Of a stretch of 64,000 nucleotides of DNA, positions 19,419-28,693 are shown piece by piece (the first letter of the stretch is position 1; each line of letters starts with the position of its first letter). The notes beneath the pieces are model-generated. The model saw only the letters and a program-made list of their open reading frames with translations, did not search any database and was not told the DNA's origin. The DNA is from an uncultured Phycisphaerales bacterium (GTDB taxonomy: Bacteria > Planctomycetota > Phycisphaerae > Phycisphaerales > SM1A02). The stretch spans positions 8,580-72,579 of the forward strand of contig CALKEP010000027.1 of the NCBI GenBank assembly GCA_938084645.1, given 5' to 3'. Both the position numbers and the translations under genes were made by a program.

Positions 19419-21521
19419 ATGCGCCCCCACCTCCACTTCGCCCTCGTTGCGTCGGCGACGTTCGCCGTCGCCGGAACAGCATTCGCCCAGTCGCGCGGAA
19501 TCACCAGGGTGGGACCAGCGGAGCCGGTGGCCTTCTGGGTCCACGATGACGGCACCGTCGAAGTGAATGACGCGATGGGCCGCGCCGTCTTCCGCGACAT
19601 CGAGGCGTACCTCGCCTCCGATGCCTTCGTCAGGAATGGGAAGCGCTGCGGGCTGCCGGCCATCGACGATCGCATCGCCGGTCCGCCGCTGGACGACGAG
19701 CCGGGTGGCGTCGCGGGCGCGGGCACGCCCAGTGACTGCAGTTGCAACGGCACGGATCCGGATCCCGTCTACGACTCCGTCTCGGGCCTGACCTATGTGA
19801 TTCCCGTCGTGTTCCATGTGATCCGGAACTCCGCCGGCACGCAGGGGAACATCTCGGAGGCGTGCATCCAGAGCCAGATCGAGAGTCTCAACGAGGACTT
19901 CAACGCGATTCCCGGCTCGCCCGGCGCCGCGGGCGTGAATGCCCGCATCGAATTCGTGCTGGCCACCGAGGACCCGTCGGGGAATCCGAGCAACGGCATC
20001 ACGTACTCCGACAACACGAACTGGTTCAATGACAACGGCTCGTACTGGAACTCCCTCGCGTGGGATACCAGTGAATACATGAACGTGTACACCAACACCG
20101 CGAGCGGCGCGCTCGGCTACGTCCCCGCGCTGGGCTGCTCGAACATCGACGGTCAGGCTCAGGACCGCATCGTGGTGCTCTATTCCGCGATCGGTGATTG
20201 CGCGACGTCGGCGCCCTACGACGGGGGCCGGACCCTGACTCACGAGGTCGGTCACTATCTCGGCCTGGAGCACACGTTCTCGGGTGGCTGCGCCGGTCAG
20301 GGCAACTGCAACAACAACGGCGATCTCATCTGCGACACGCTGCCCCAGCAGAGCCCGACAAGCGGCTGCAGTTCCAGCAGTTCCTGCGGCCAGTCGCATC
20401 AGAACCAGCGGAACTACATGGACTACTCCGTCGACTCGTGCATGAACAATTTCACGTACGAGCAGCATCTTCGAATGCGTTGCATCCTCGAGCACTACCG
20501 TGTCGAGCTTCCCTGCACCGACTGCGCCGGCAGCGGTCCGGCCGAGAACGATGAATGCGACGTCGCCATCGCCCTCGAAGAGGGGCCCAACGAAGCCACC
20601 AGCTTCGGGGCGACCTACTCCGGCGTGATCGCGGAGGCGTCCTGCAGTGACGTCTCCGGCGTCGCGGTTCGGAACGACGTCTGGTTCACCTACGAGGCGC
20701 CGGGCAACGGCACCCTCACCCTCTCGATCTGCGACGCGATCTTCAACGCCCGAATGAACGTGTGGCCGGGCGACGCCTGTCCGGAGTCCGGGGGACTTCT
20801 GCTCGCCTGCAGCGACAACGACTGCGGCGACGGTCCGATCGTCGACCTCGTGGTCTCCTCGGGCCAGCAGCTCATCATCCAGGTCGGAAGTCCCGGCAAT
20901 GAAGCGGGGCTCTTCACGCTCGACGTCGACTTCGAGGAAGTGGTGGACCCGCCCGCCAACGACCTCTGCACGGACGCCATTTCGGTATCCACCGGGGGAA
21001 CATCGTTCACGACGATCGACGCCTCGGCATCCGGGGCGGATCTCCCGCTGTCCTGTTCGGTCTCCAGCGGTCCCGAGATCTACGCGGACGTCTGGTTCGA
21101 GTGGACGGCGCCCTGCACCGGCTTCGCGACCATCGCGACCTGCAATGCCGCGTTCGATTCCCGACTCGCGGTCTACACCGGCGGGTGCCCGGCGTCCGGA
21201 GCGAGCCCGGTCGCCTGTGCCGACGACATCTGCGGCGACGATCCGAGCGTGACGTTCCTCGCGATCGCGGGTCAGACCTTCCGCATTCAGGTCGGTTCGC
21301 CGGACGTGGGTGACGAGGGCGCCGGCGTGTTGCTGGTCGCCTGCGAACCGATCGGTGGTGGTTGCCCCGAGGACCTCAACGACGACGGCAGCGTCGACGG
21401 TGCGGACCTCGGGCTCCTGCTCGCGGCCTGGGCCACCGCCAATGCCGATATCAACGACGACGGCACCACCAACGGTGCCGATCTCGGACTCCTCCTCGCG
21501 AAGTGGGGCGAGGACTGCTGA
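19419..21521 (+). CDS. M43 (pappalysin-like) zinc metalloprotease with two Cys-rich repeats and dockerin-like tail
   Basis: HEVGHYLGLEH, NYMDY Met-turn; two ND.C..A..DVWF repeats; DLNDDGSVDGADLGLLLAAW. Confidence 0.9.
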   Translation: MRPHLHFALVASATFAVAGTAFAQSRGITRVGPAEPVAFWVHDDGTVEVNDAMGRAVFRDIEAYLASDAFVRNGKRCGLPAIDDRIAGPPLDDEPGGVAGAGTPSDCSCNGTDPDPVYDSVSGLTYVIPVVFHVIRNSAGTQGNISEACIQSQIESLNEDFNAIPGSPGAAGVNARIEFVLATEDPSGNPSNGITYSDNTNWFNDNGSYWNSLAWDTSEYMNVYTNTASGALGYVPALGCSNIDGQAQDRIVVLYSAIGDCATSAPYDGGRTLTHEVGHYLGLEHTFSGGCAGQGNCNNNGDLICDTLPQQSPTSGCSSSSSCGQSHQNQRNYMDYSVDSCMNNFTYEQHLRMRCILEHYRVELPCTDCAGSGPAENDECDVAIALEEGPNEATSFGATYSGVIAEASCSDVSGVAVRNDVWFTYEAPGNGTLTLSICDAIFNARMNVWPGDACPESGGLLLACSDNDCGDGPIVDLVVSSGQQLIIQVGSPGNEAGLFTLDVDFEEVVDPPANDLCTDAISVSTGGTSFTTIDASASGADLPLSCSVSSGPEIYADVWFEWTAPCTGFATIATCNAAFDSRLAVYTGGCPASGASPVACADDICGDDPSVTFLAIAGQTFRIQVGSPDVGDEGAGVLLVACEPIGGGCPEDLNDDGSVDGADLGLLLAAWATANADINDDGTTNGADLGLLLAKWGEDC

Positions 21522-21549
21522 TCGTCACACCCGCAACCTCGTGAAATCC

Positions 21550-21588
21550 AGACCGCCCGGCCCGCTTCGGCGACCGGGCGGTCTTCTT
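21550..21588 (+). terminator. Rho-independent terminator
   Basis: AGACCGCCCGG..CCGGGCGGTCT stem followed by TCTT. Confidence 0.65.
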
Positions 21589-21626
21589 GCGCGACGGACG
21601 GCTCCATCGACCGGTATCCTCGCGGC

Positions 21627-22352
21627 ATGAGATACCGCATCATCGCCCCCGTCATCCTGATCGCCTCTCTGCTGCTCGCCGGCGAAGTCCTGTTCGGTGC
21701 TCCCGAATCGCGATCTCGTCCGACCCCGGCGGCGACCGATGGGCTCGCGCCCGTGTTCGGGCCCGTCACGAAACTCTTCAACGGCGCCGATCTCGCCGGC
21801 TGGAACGCGTTCTTCGGAGACGGGTCGACCGACGCCGCGAAGGCGTGGTCGGTCCGCGACGGAGTGCTCGTCTGCAATGGCGGGCCGGTCGGCTACCTGC
21901 AGACCGACCTTCGCTACGAGAATTTCGAGCTCGTGGTGGAGTGGCGATTCGATCCCGAGCTGGGGGCGGGCAACAGCGGGGTGCTCCTGCGAACGGTCGG
22001 GAAGGACACCGTCTGGCCCACTTCCATCGAGGCTCAGTTGCACTCTCGGAACGCCGGGGACATCTGGAACATCGGCGCCTTTCCGATGAAGGCCGACGCG
22101 GCTCGAACGAAGGGGCGACGGACCGTCAAGGCGCACGAGACGAACGAGAAGCCGCTCGGTGAATGGAATCGATATCGGATTCGCCTCGATCGCGGAGATC
22201 TCACGCTCGAGGTCAACGGACTCGTTCAGAATGAAGCCACGGGATGTCGTCAGGTGCCTGGCCGCATCGGCTTGCAGAGCGAGGGTGCTGCGATCGAGTT
22301 TCGCCGAGTGGAACTTCGACCGATCGTCGCGTGGAAAGCCGCCTCGAAGTGA
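21627..22352 (+). CDS. DUF1080 (3-keto-disaccharide hydrolase-like) secreted protein
   Basis: LFNGADLAGW, GNSGV, GEWN, GRIGLQSEG..FR motifs. Confidence 0.88.
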   Translation: MRYRIIAPVILIASLLLAGEVLFGAPESRSRPTPAATDGLAPVFGPVTKLFNGADLAGWNAFFGDGSTDAAKAWSVRDGVLVCNGGPVGYLQTDLRYENFELVVEWRFDPELGAGNSGVLLRTVGKDTVWPTSIEAQLHSRNAGDIWNIGAFPMKADAARTKGRRTVKAHETNEKPLGEWNRYRIRLDRGDLTLEVNGLVQNEATGCRQVPGRIGLQSEGAAIEFRRVELRPIVAWKAASK

Positions 22353-22370
22353 CGAACCCCGATCGGGACG

Positions 22371-22814
22371 TCACCCGGCCCGGTGGGGTCCGCGGAGGCA
22401 CATCCGGCGGGTCACCGCATCAAGCGTCATCGCCACGCCCGTACCCACGGTGTAGGCCAGCAGGTCGCTCCAGAGGAATCCACGGCCGAGCAGGAGCGCC
22501 CCGAGCCGGGTCGACCGGATCGCATCGAGCCATTCCACGCGGAGGAGCTGGGAGAACTCGACGGTGAAGGCGGTCAGCAACGCGAGCACCGCGACCACTC
22601 GGATGGCATCGGTGGGACGAAGCCATCGCCATCCGGCGTAGGCGGCCATCGCCCAGGCGGCGTCCCCGCCGTAGGCACCGATCACCGGCCAGCCGAGCAG
22701 TGGGGGTTGACGGCTCGCGAGGCCGAACGTCGCGGCGAGAAGCAGGCCGACGAGGGCGAGGACCCGGATACCGGTCTCGGGACCTTGAGCGTCGGGGACG
22801 GGTTGCTCAGGCAT
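22371..22814 (-). CDS. DUF2809 membrane protein
   Basis: YGGDAAWA, VEFSQL, LLLGRGFLWSDLLAY. Confidence 0.8.
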   Translation of the reverse strand: MPEQPVPDAQGPETGIRVLALVGLLLAATFGLASRQPPLLGWPVIGAYGGDAAWAMAAYAGWRWLRPTDAIRVVAVLALLTAFTVEFSQLLRVEWLDAIRSTRLGALLLGRGFLWSDLLAYTVGTGVAMTLDAVTRRMCLRGPHRAG

Positions 22815-24135
22815 CGGCGTCGATCGATGGTCCGTGGCCGGTCCAGATCGTCCGGCCCGGTCGCGTGCGGCGAGCGTTCGCGGCCTCGGCATGATCGCCG
22901 GTGAAGCGTTCGGTCCGGGGGTCCCAGGTCAGCGGGGTCCCGAGCTCGTAGCCGATCGCCGCGAGCTGGCAGATCGTCGCGGTCCGATGGCCGGCTTCCG
23001 CCGGGGCGATCGTCGGTCGGGACTCACCGATGGCGTCGATCCAGTCGGTGATGTGGTCGGCCGGGCGGGGGAGCTGATGCTCCGCGGCCACCTCGGTTTC
23101 AAGGATCGCCGGGTCCGAGGCGCGAAGGTAGCCGCGGCCCGCCTCGATCCAGCCGGCATCACCCTCGAACCGGCAGTCGACGCTTCCGTCGTGGATGAGT
23201 TCGATTCCGTCGTCGTACACCAGACGCAGGCCTCGAGTCGCCGCCGGGTCCTCGGGCGGGATGATCCGGCTCGGGCCCGAGGCATCGCGGCGGAGCGCCC
23301 ATTGGGCGATGTCGAAGTGATGCGCACCCATGTCCGCGAGCCCGCCACCGGCGAATTCACGGTACTTCCGCCACTGGGGATAGTGACCGTGCATGCCCAC
23401 CGGGCAGAGGATCGCGTTGAACTCCCGGCTCGCGGCGGGCCCCAGCCATCGATCCCAGTCGGCGGCGGTCATGTCGGCGGGCAGCGGCTCGGCCGGGAGA
23501 TCACAGTCGATCGGGGGATCCCCGACGCCGATGAAGACCCGCTCGATCTTCCCGATCGATCCGTTCCGGACGAGTTCGGCGGCACGAACGAAGTGGCGGC
23601 CGAACTCCGAACGCTGCTGGCTTCCGACCTGGAAGGCGACCTTCGAGTCGGCCGCGGCATCCGCGATCGCCCGTCCCTCCTCGATGGTGCGGGAGAGCGG
23701 TTTCTCGCAGTAGACGTGGAGGCCGCGTCGGCAGGCCTCGATCGCGTCGACCGCGTGGGCGTGATCGGGGGTGGTCACCACGACGGCGTCGAGGTCGGCG
23801 TTCCTCAGCATGTCGAAGCCGTCCACATACGCCTTGCAGAACTCGCCCCGTCGGTCGCCACTGATCCGTTTCATCGCGGTGTCGCGGCGGGCCGGGCAGA
23901 CTTCGGCAAGCCCGACGAACCGGACCCCGGGGGCTCGAAGGAACTGGTCGAGCAGGTTCTTCCCACGGATGCCGTACCCGATCATCCCGAGGCGGATGGT
24001 GTTGGAGCCGGCAGCAGCGGCGGCACGCACTCCAAGCGGACCGATCAGTGGGATCGCCGCGGCCGCGAGCATCGCCTTCGTGGCGGTCCGCCGGGTCGAA
24101 TCGAAACGGTCGGGGTGATTCGGAGTCGTGGTCAA
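22807..24135 (-). CDS. Gfo/Idh/MocA oxidoreductase (Tat)
   Basis: TRR signal; IGYGIRG, TPDHAH, YCEKP, DMGAHHFD; TTG start after AAGGAG. Confidence 0.9.
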   Translation of the reverse strand: MTTTPNHPDRFDSTRRTATKAMLAAAAIPLIGPLGVRAAAAAGSNTIRLGMIGYGIRGKNLLDQFLRAPGVRFVGLAEVCPARRDTAMKRISGDRRGEFCKAYVDGFDMLRNADLDAVVVTTPDHAHAVDAIEACRRGLHVYCEKPLSRTIEEGRAIADAAADSKVAFQVGSQQRSEFGRHFVRAAELVRNGSIGKIERVFIGVGDPPIDCDLPAEPLPADMTAADWDRWLGPAASREFNAILCPVGMHGHYPQWRKYREFAGGGLADMGAHHFDIAQWALRRDASGPSRIIPPEDPAATRGLRLVYDDGIELIHDGSVDCRFEGDAGWIEAGRGYLRASDPAILETEVAAEHQLPRPADHITDWIDAIGESRPTIAPAEAGHRTATICQLAAIGYELGTPLTWDPRTERFTGDHAEAANARRTRPGRTIWTGHGPSIDADA

Positions 24136-24285
24136 TGTGGGCTCCTTGCTACGCGGGCTCTTGGTCACCGGCCAGATTGAGAATAGATTGAATCCTCGGT
24201 GCAGGGGTGCAGGCTCGCGGCGGATCATCAATTCCGGAGTTGGTCGTCGTTTCCGGCTCGAGGCGGGAGGCGAGCCCGTCGAGGC

Positions 24286-24320
24286 AAAAGAGCGACCCAC
24301 GCCGTGAGGCGTGGGTCGCT
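24286..24320 (-). terminator. Rho-independent terminator of the VPAP gene
   Basis: AGCGACCCACGCC-gtga-GGCGTGGGTCGCT 13-bp stem; T-run on minus strand. Confidence 0.75.
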
Positions 24321-24359
24321 TACTGTGTCTGCAGTTCTTCGCTGGTAGCGGGTTCGGGG

Positions 24360-25064
24360 TCAGCCGTTCCGTCGTCGTCGCCCGGCAAGGCCGGCGAGAC
24401 CAAGGAGAGCCATGGCAGAGGGGGCCGGCACGTAACCGACGAAGTCCTGCCACTGTCCGTCAACGCTCTGGAAGATCACGAGGTTGTCGAGCATCTCGTC
24501 GGTTCCGAAGTCGAGCGATGCAAGCATCTGGTCGTAGTGGAACTGGACGTCCTCGTTGTATCCATAGAACTGAATCGCGCCTTCGGTGTTCGAGCTCTGG
24601 AGTTGGACGTCTTCGAGGATCCACGTCCCTGGGACGAAATCGTAGTTCTCTTCCATGATCTCATTGGTGATGAGCGCGAGAGCGGCACCCATTTCCTGAT
24701 CATTCGAGGACTTCACTTCGTCGTACCACTGGTCGTAAAGGCTCGCGAGGAACCGGAATCGATCCTGAGTCTCCTGGCCGTAGCTGTCGTAACTGACGAT
24801 TTCGTACGGGACCGGGGCTTCGCTCACCGGACCGTCGATATCCCAGCAGTAGCCCTCGTACTCGCCGCCGTTGAAGAGGCTGAGCCCCATGAGGCCATAG
24901 GCACCGCTCGCACGGGTGGGAGAATCCCAGTTCGCCGTGTCGTCATACGACCAGAATGCCTCTTGGTACTGGCTCATCCCGGTCCAAGCCAGGTCGACTT
25001 CCGCCATCGCTGCGGGTGACATCACCACAGCTGCTGCAAGCGCAAATCCATTCGAAATTTTCAT
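24360..25064 (-). CDS. PEP-CTERM-like (VPAP) acidic surface protein
   Basis: AAGGAG RBS, signal peptide, VPAPSAMALLGLAGLAGRRRRNG. Confidence 0.85.
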   Translation of the reverse strand: MKISNGFALAAAVVMSPAAMAEVDLAWTGMSQYQEAFWSYDDTANWDSPTRASGAYGLMGLSLFNGGEYEGYCWDIDGPVSEAPVPYEIVSYDSYGQETQDRFRFLASLYDQWYDEVKSSNDQEMGAALALITNEIMEENYDFVPGTWILEDVQLQSSNTEGAIQFYGYNEDVQFHYDQMLASLDFGTDEMLDNLVIFQSVDGQWQDFVGYVPAPSAMALLGLAGLAGRRRRNG

Positions 25065-25272
25065 CTCTGAATCTCCTTCAACTTTCGTCCTGACGGCGGG
25101 AAACCGTCCGAACCCTCGAATCAGCCGGGAACTGGCCGATTCTTGCCGTCCGGGTGGGAAAACCCTTCGGGCTGGACGCTGCAGACACGCGGCGTACTCC
25201 ACAAAGGTACAGGATCGAGATTCCACTTCAAGTGTGAAGGTCCGAATTTTGAGCGATCTCATCGAAGCCTTG

Positions 25273-25290
25273 AATAAAGTGGACTTTATT
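25273..25290. promoter_or_regulatory. AT-rich palindrome, candidate operator
   Basis: AATAAAGT-gg-ACTTTATT in a divergent intergenic region. Confidence 0.45.
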
Positions 25291-25504
25291 TCATTAGGAG
25301 TCGCCAAGAGTAGATATTATCGGAATGCCGTTGGCTCTGATGTTCGATCGTGCGAATCAGGCGGTAGGGGTTGAGCCCCCTTTCGCGGGTACGGGTCGCT
25401 TGTTTCTCGGACATCGTTGCGGTGGCGTCGCCCCTCAGAGCCTCAAACGTGGCATCTGGTGTTCCCGACCGTGGAATCTGGCGATCGACGATTAGACTCG
25501 ACGC

Positions 25505-28500
25505 GTGATCATTCCACGCGGCAACACCATTCCCAGGCTTGGATCCGCCTCGATTGCAACGGTGTTCGTCGTTCTGTCGGCGCTGTTCTGGCTGCAGCGC
25601 TCGAATGCCGCGACGGCCGGTCATCGGACCGTTGCGAACGTCGACTTTCGCGCGGATGTCCGCCCGATTCTGTCGCGGGCGTGCTTCGAGTGCCACGGCC
25701 CCGATGCGTCCGCTCGCCGCGCCGATCTGCGACTCGATCTTCGCGATGCGGGTCTTGATGGCGTGATCGTTCCGGGAGACGCGTCGGCAAGTCTTCTCTA
25801 CGAACGTCTCGTCGCGGCGGATCCCGCCGACCGCATGCCGCCACCGGACTCGCGACATCGCCTCGACGCCGAAGAGGTCGATGCGATTCGCCGTTGGATC
25901 GACGAAGGCGCGATCTGGGCCGACCACTGGTCGTTCGAGCCGCCTCGCGCGTCCACGGCCCCGATCTCTGGAGAAGACGGTTGGAGCCGGGACCTGATCG
26001 ATCGATTCATTCGGCGAGGATTCGATGCGAATGGACTGTCGCCGGCGGGATCCGCGACCAGGGAGCTGCTTCTTCGTCGGGTCACCTTCGATCTCACCGG
26101 ACTGCCACCCACGCTGGAAGCGCAGGCGGACTTTCTCGCGGATGAACGGCCGGATGCCTACGAACACGTCGTCGATCGGCTTCTCGCGTCCTCCGCCTTC
26201 GGCGAGCGCATGGCGGTCGACTGGCTCGATCTCGCTCGATATGCGGATACCTACGGTTATCAGAGCGACGTCGATCGGGCGGTGTGGCCCTACCGGGACT
26301 GGGTGATCGACGCCTTCAATCGAAATCTCCCCTACGACGATTTCGCGGTGTGGCAGCTTGCCGGCGACCTTCTGCCCGAGCCCACTCGGGAGCAACGACT
26401 GGCGACCGCGTTCAACCGGCTCCATCGCCAGACCAACGAGGGGGGGAGCGTCGAGGAGGAGTTCCGGGTCGAGTACGTGGCGGATCGGGTCCACACCTTC
26501 GGAACCACCTTTCTCGGGCTGACCACCGAGTGTGCCCGGTGTCACACCCACAAGTTCGACCCGATCACGCACGACGAGTACTACGGGCTCTTCGCCTTCT
26601 TCGACGACATCGACGAGTCGGGGCTGTATTCGCACTTCACCAACGCGACGCCCACCCCCACGCTGCTTCTGGATCCACCGGATGCGACGACCCGGATCGC
26701 GGAGCTGCGAAGGGCCATCGCCGCCACCGAGGCGTCGCTCGACACCGTGACGGATGATGACCGCGCCGCGTTCGACGCCTGGTTCGAGACCCGGTCGGAT
26801 CGAGCCCTCGCATCGCTGGACATCCCGGGACTGGTCGGGGACTTTCCGCTGGATGCGATCGTCGACGGTGGTCTGGAGAACTCGGTCGACGCCGAACTTT
26901 CCGGTCGCGTGGCCGGTGCCCCGATCATCGTCGACGGTGCGATCGGTTCCGGAATTCGGCTCGACGGTGAGAACAACCTTCATTTCCCGGGCATCGCGGC
27001 CTTCAGCCGATTCGAGCCCTTCTCCATCGCCCTCTGGATCCGGATCGAACGAACCGTCGATCGGGCGGTGGTCCTGCATCGCTCCCGGGCCTGGACGGAT
27101 GCGGGAAGCCAGGGCTACCAGTTCCTGCTGGAGTCGGGACGGCCGAGCTGGTCCTTGATCCACTTCTGGCCCGGCAACGCGATCTCGATCCGCGGATCGG
27201 CGGCGCTTCCCGAAGGACGCTGGATCCAGATCGGACTGGTCTACGACGGTTCCTCCCGTGCGGACGGCCTGGGGCTCTTCGTGGATGGCTCGCCGGTCGA
27301 GGTCGACGTGATTCGCGACCGACTCACGAAGTCCATCACCGGTGGGGGGCCGGGTGCGATGACCATCGGGCAGCGGTTCCGGGATCGCGGGTTCAAGGGC
27401 GGTTCGGTGGATCACCTGCAGGTCTTCGACCGCGCGCTCACACCGATCGAATGGCGGGCCCTGCATGGTGGCTCCACCCTGGACCAACCGGACGCTTCCG
27501 ACCGCGACGCCTGGTACGCCTATCACCGAGCGACTCGAAATCCCGCGCGAGACGCGATGCAGGAGGCGCTTCGCGGACATCGGCGGGAACTCGCGGCCCT
27601 GCTCGACCGGACACCCGAGATCATGGTGATGGAGGATTTCGAACCGCCGAGGGAGGCCCGGGTGCTGGAGCGGGGGCGATACGACCGGCCCCTGCACGTC
27701 GTCGAGCCCGGCGTGCCGGCGAGTCTGGGTGGATTCCCCGATGGGCTTCCGCGCAATCGACTCGGGCTCGCGCGTTGGCTGGTCGATCCCGGGAATCCCC
27801 TCGCCGCCCGCGTCGCGGTGAACCGGCTCTGGATGATCGTCTTCGGGCGAGGGCTCGTGGCGACCCCCGAGGATTTCGGTGCCCAGGGTGAGCCGCCCTC
27901 GCATCCGGAACTCCTCGACCGGCTGGCGATCGACTTCATCGAGTCGGGATGGGACGTCAAGGCGATGTTGCGTCGGCTCGTGCTGACGTCGACGTACCGG
28001 CAGTCCTCCATGGGTTCCGAGGCCGCGAAGGCGATCGATCCGGAAAATCGCTGGTACGCCCGGGGTCCGTCCGGTCGACTGACCGCGGAGATGATCCGTG
28101 ACCAGGCGCTCGCCGCGAGCGGGCTGCTGGTACCGGACGTGGGTGGGCCGAGCGTGCACCCGTACCAGCCCGCGGGACTCTGGCAGGAGAAGAGCGGACG
28201 GACGTATCCGCAGGGATCCGGCGAAGCACTTCACCGCCGGAGCATGTACACGTTCTGGAAACGAACCTCGCCACCGCCTTCGATGATGATCTTCGATTCG
28301 GCGAAGCGTGATGTCTGCCTGGCCCGTCGTGGTTCGACCTCCACGCCGCTGCAGGCGCTGGTGCTCCTCAACGACGTCCAGTTCATGGAGGCCGCCCGCG
28401 TGCTGGCGGAGCGGGTGATCGCGGCGCATCCGGATGATGCGACCGCCGGGATCGCCGACGCATTCCGTCGTTTGACGGGGCGGTCGCCGCGGCGGGATGA

Positions 28501-28690
28501 GGCGATCTCACTCGGCGAGATGTGGGCGGAGGAGCGTGCCGCCTTCGCAGCGGATCCCGACGCCGCGGGAATGGTGGCGGCCACGGGTGATTCGCCCGCT
28601 CGTCCCGGACTCGATGCCGTCGAGGTCGCGACGATGACCCTCATCTGCTCCACCATCATGAACACCGATGCGTCGGTGACGAGAAGATGA
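25505..28690 (+). CDS. Planctomycete cytochrome c / PSD1 protein with LamG-like insert
   Basis: CFECH, WLDLARYAD, CARCHTHKFDP, FSIALW..W..YDG..LFVDG (LamG), TPLQAL. Confidence 0.92.
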   Translation: MIIPRGNTIPRLGSASIATVFVVLSALFWLQRSNAATAGHRTVANVDFRADVRPILSRACFECHGPDASARRADLRLDLRDAGLDGVIVPGDASASLLYERLVAADPADRMPPPDSRHRLDAEEVDAIRRWIDEGAIWADHWSFEPPRASTAPISGEDGWSRDLIDRFIRRGFDANGLSPAGSATRELLLRRVTFDLTGLPPTLEAQADFLADERPDAYEHVVDRLLASSAFGERMAVDWLDLARYADTYGYQSDVDRAVWPYRDWVIDAFNRNLPYDDFAVWQLAGDLLPEPTREQRLATAFNRLHRQTNEGGSVEEEFRVEYVADRVHTFGTTFLGLTTECARCHTHKFDPITHDEYYGLFAFFDDIDESGLYSHFTNATPTPTLLLDPPDATTRIAELRRAIAATEASLDTVTDDDRAAFDAWFETRSDRALASLDIPGLVGDFPLDAIVDGGLENSVDAELSGRVAGAPIIVDGAIGSGIRLDGENNLHFPGIAAFSRFEPFSIALWIRIERTVDRAVVLHRSRAWTDAGSQGYQFLLESGRPSWSLIHFWPGNAISIRGSAALPEGRWIQIGLVYDGSSRADGLGLFVDGSPVEVDVIRDRLTKSITGGGPGAMTIGQRFRDRGFKGGSVDHLQVFDRALTPIEWRALHGGSTLDQPDASDRDAWYAYHRATRNPARDAMQEALRGHRRELAALLDRTPEIMVMEDFEPPREARVLERGRYDRPLHVVEPGVPASLGGFPDGLPRNRLGLARWLVDPGNPLAARVAVNRLWMIVFGRGLVATPEDFGAQGEPPSHPELLDRLAIDFIESGWDVKAMLRRLVLTSTYRQSSMGSEAAKAIDPENRWYARGPSGRLTAEMIRDQALAASGLLVPDVGGPSVHPYQPAGLWQEKSGRTYPQGSGEALHRRSMYTFWKRTSPPPSMMIFDSAKRDVCLARRGSTSTPLQALVLLNDVQFMEAARVLAERVIAAHPDDATAGIADAFRRLTGRSPRRDEAISLGEMWAEERAAFAADPDAAGMVAATGDSPARPGLDAVEVATMTLICSTIMNTDASVTRR

Positions 28691-28693
28691 GAG

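Noticed and set aside
10536..25158. Shared CCGT(T/C)CGGGTGGG upstream of two VPAP genes (10536 and 25146)
   Set aside because: GC-rich 13-mer at different spacings and palindromic in only one copy; chance cannot be excluded
25286..28429. 1047-aa minus-strand ORF and similar long ORFs (1118-2836, 17059-19194, 28508-30199, 40812-42515, 52040-53605, 61051-63105)
   Set aside because: They are antisense or off-frame shadows of well-supported genes, expected at high GC, with no recognisable motifs
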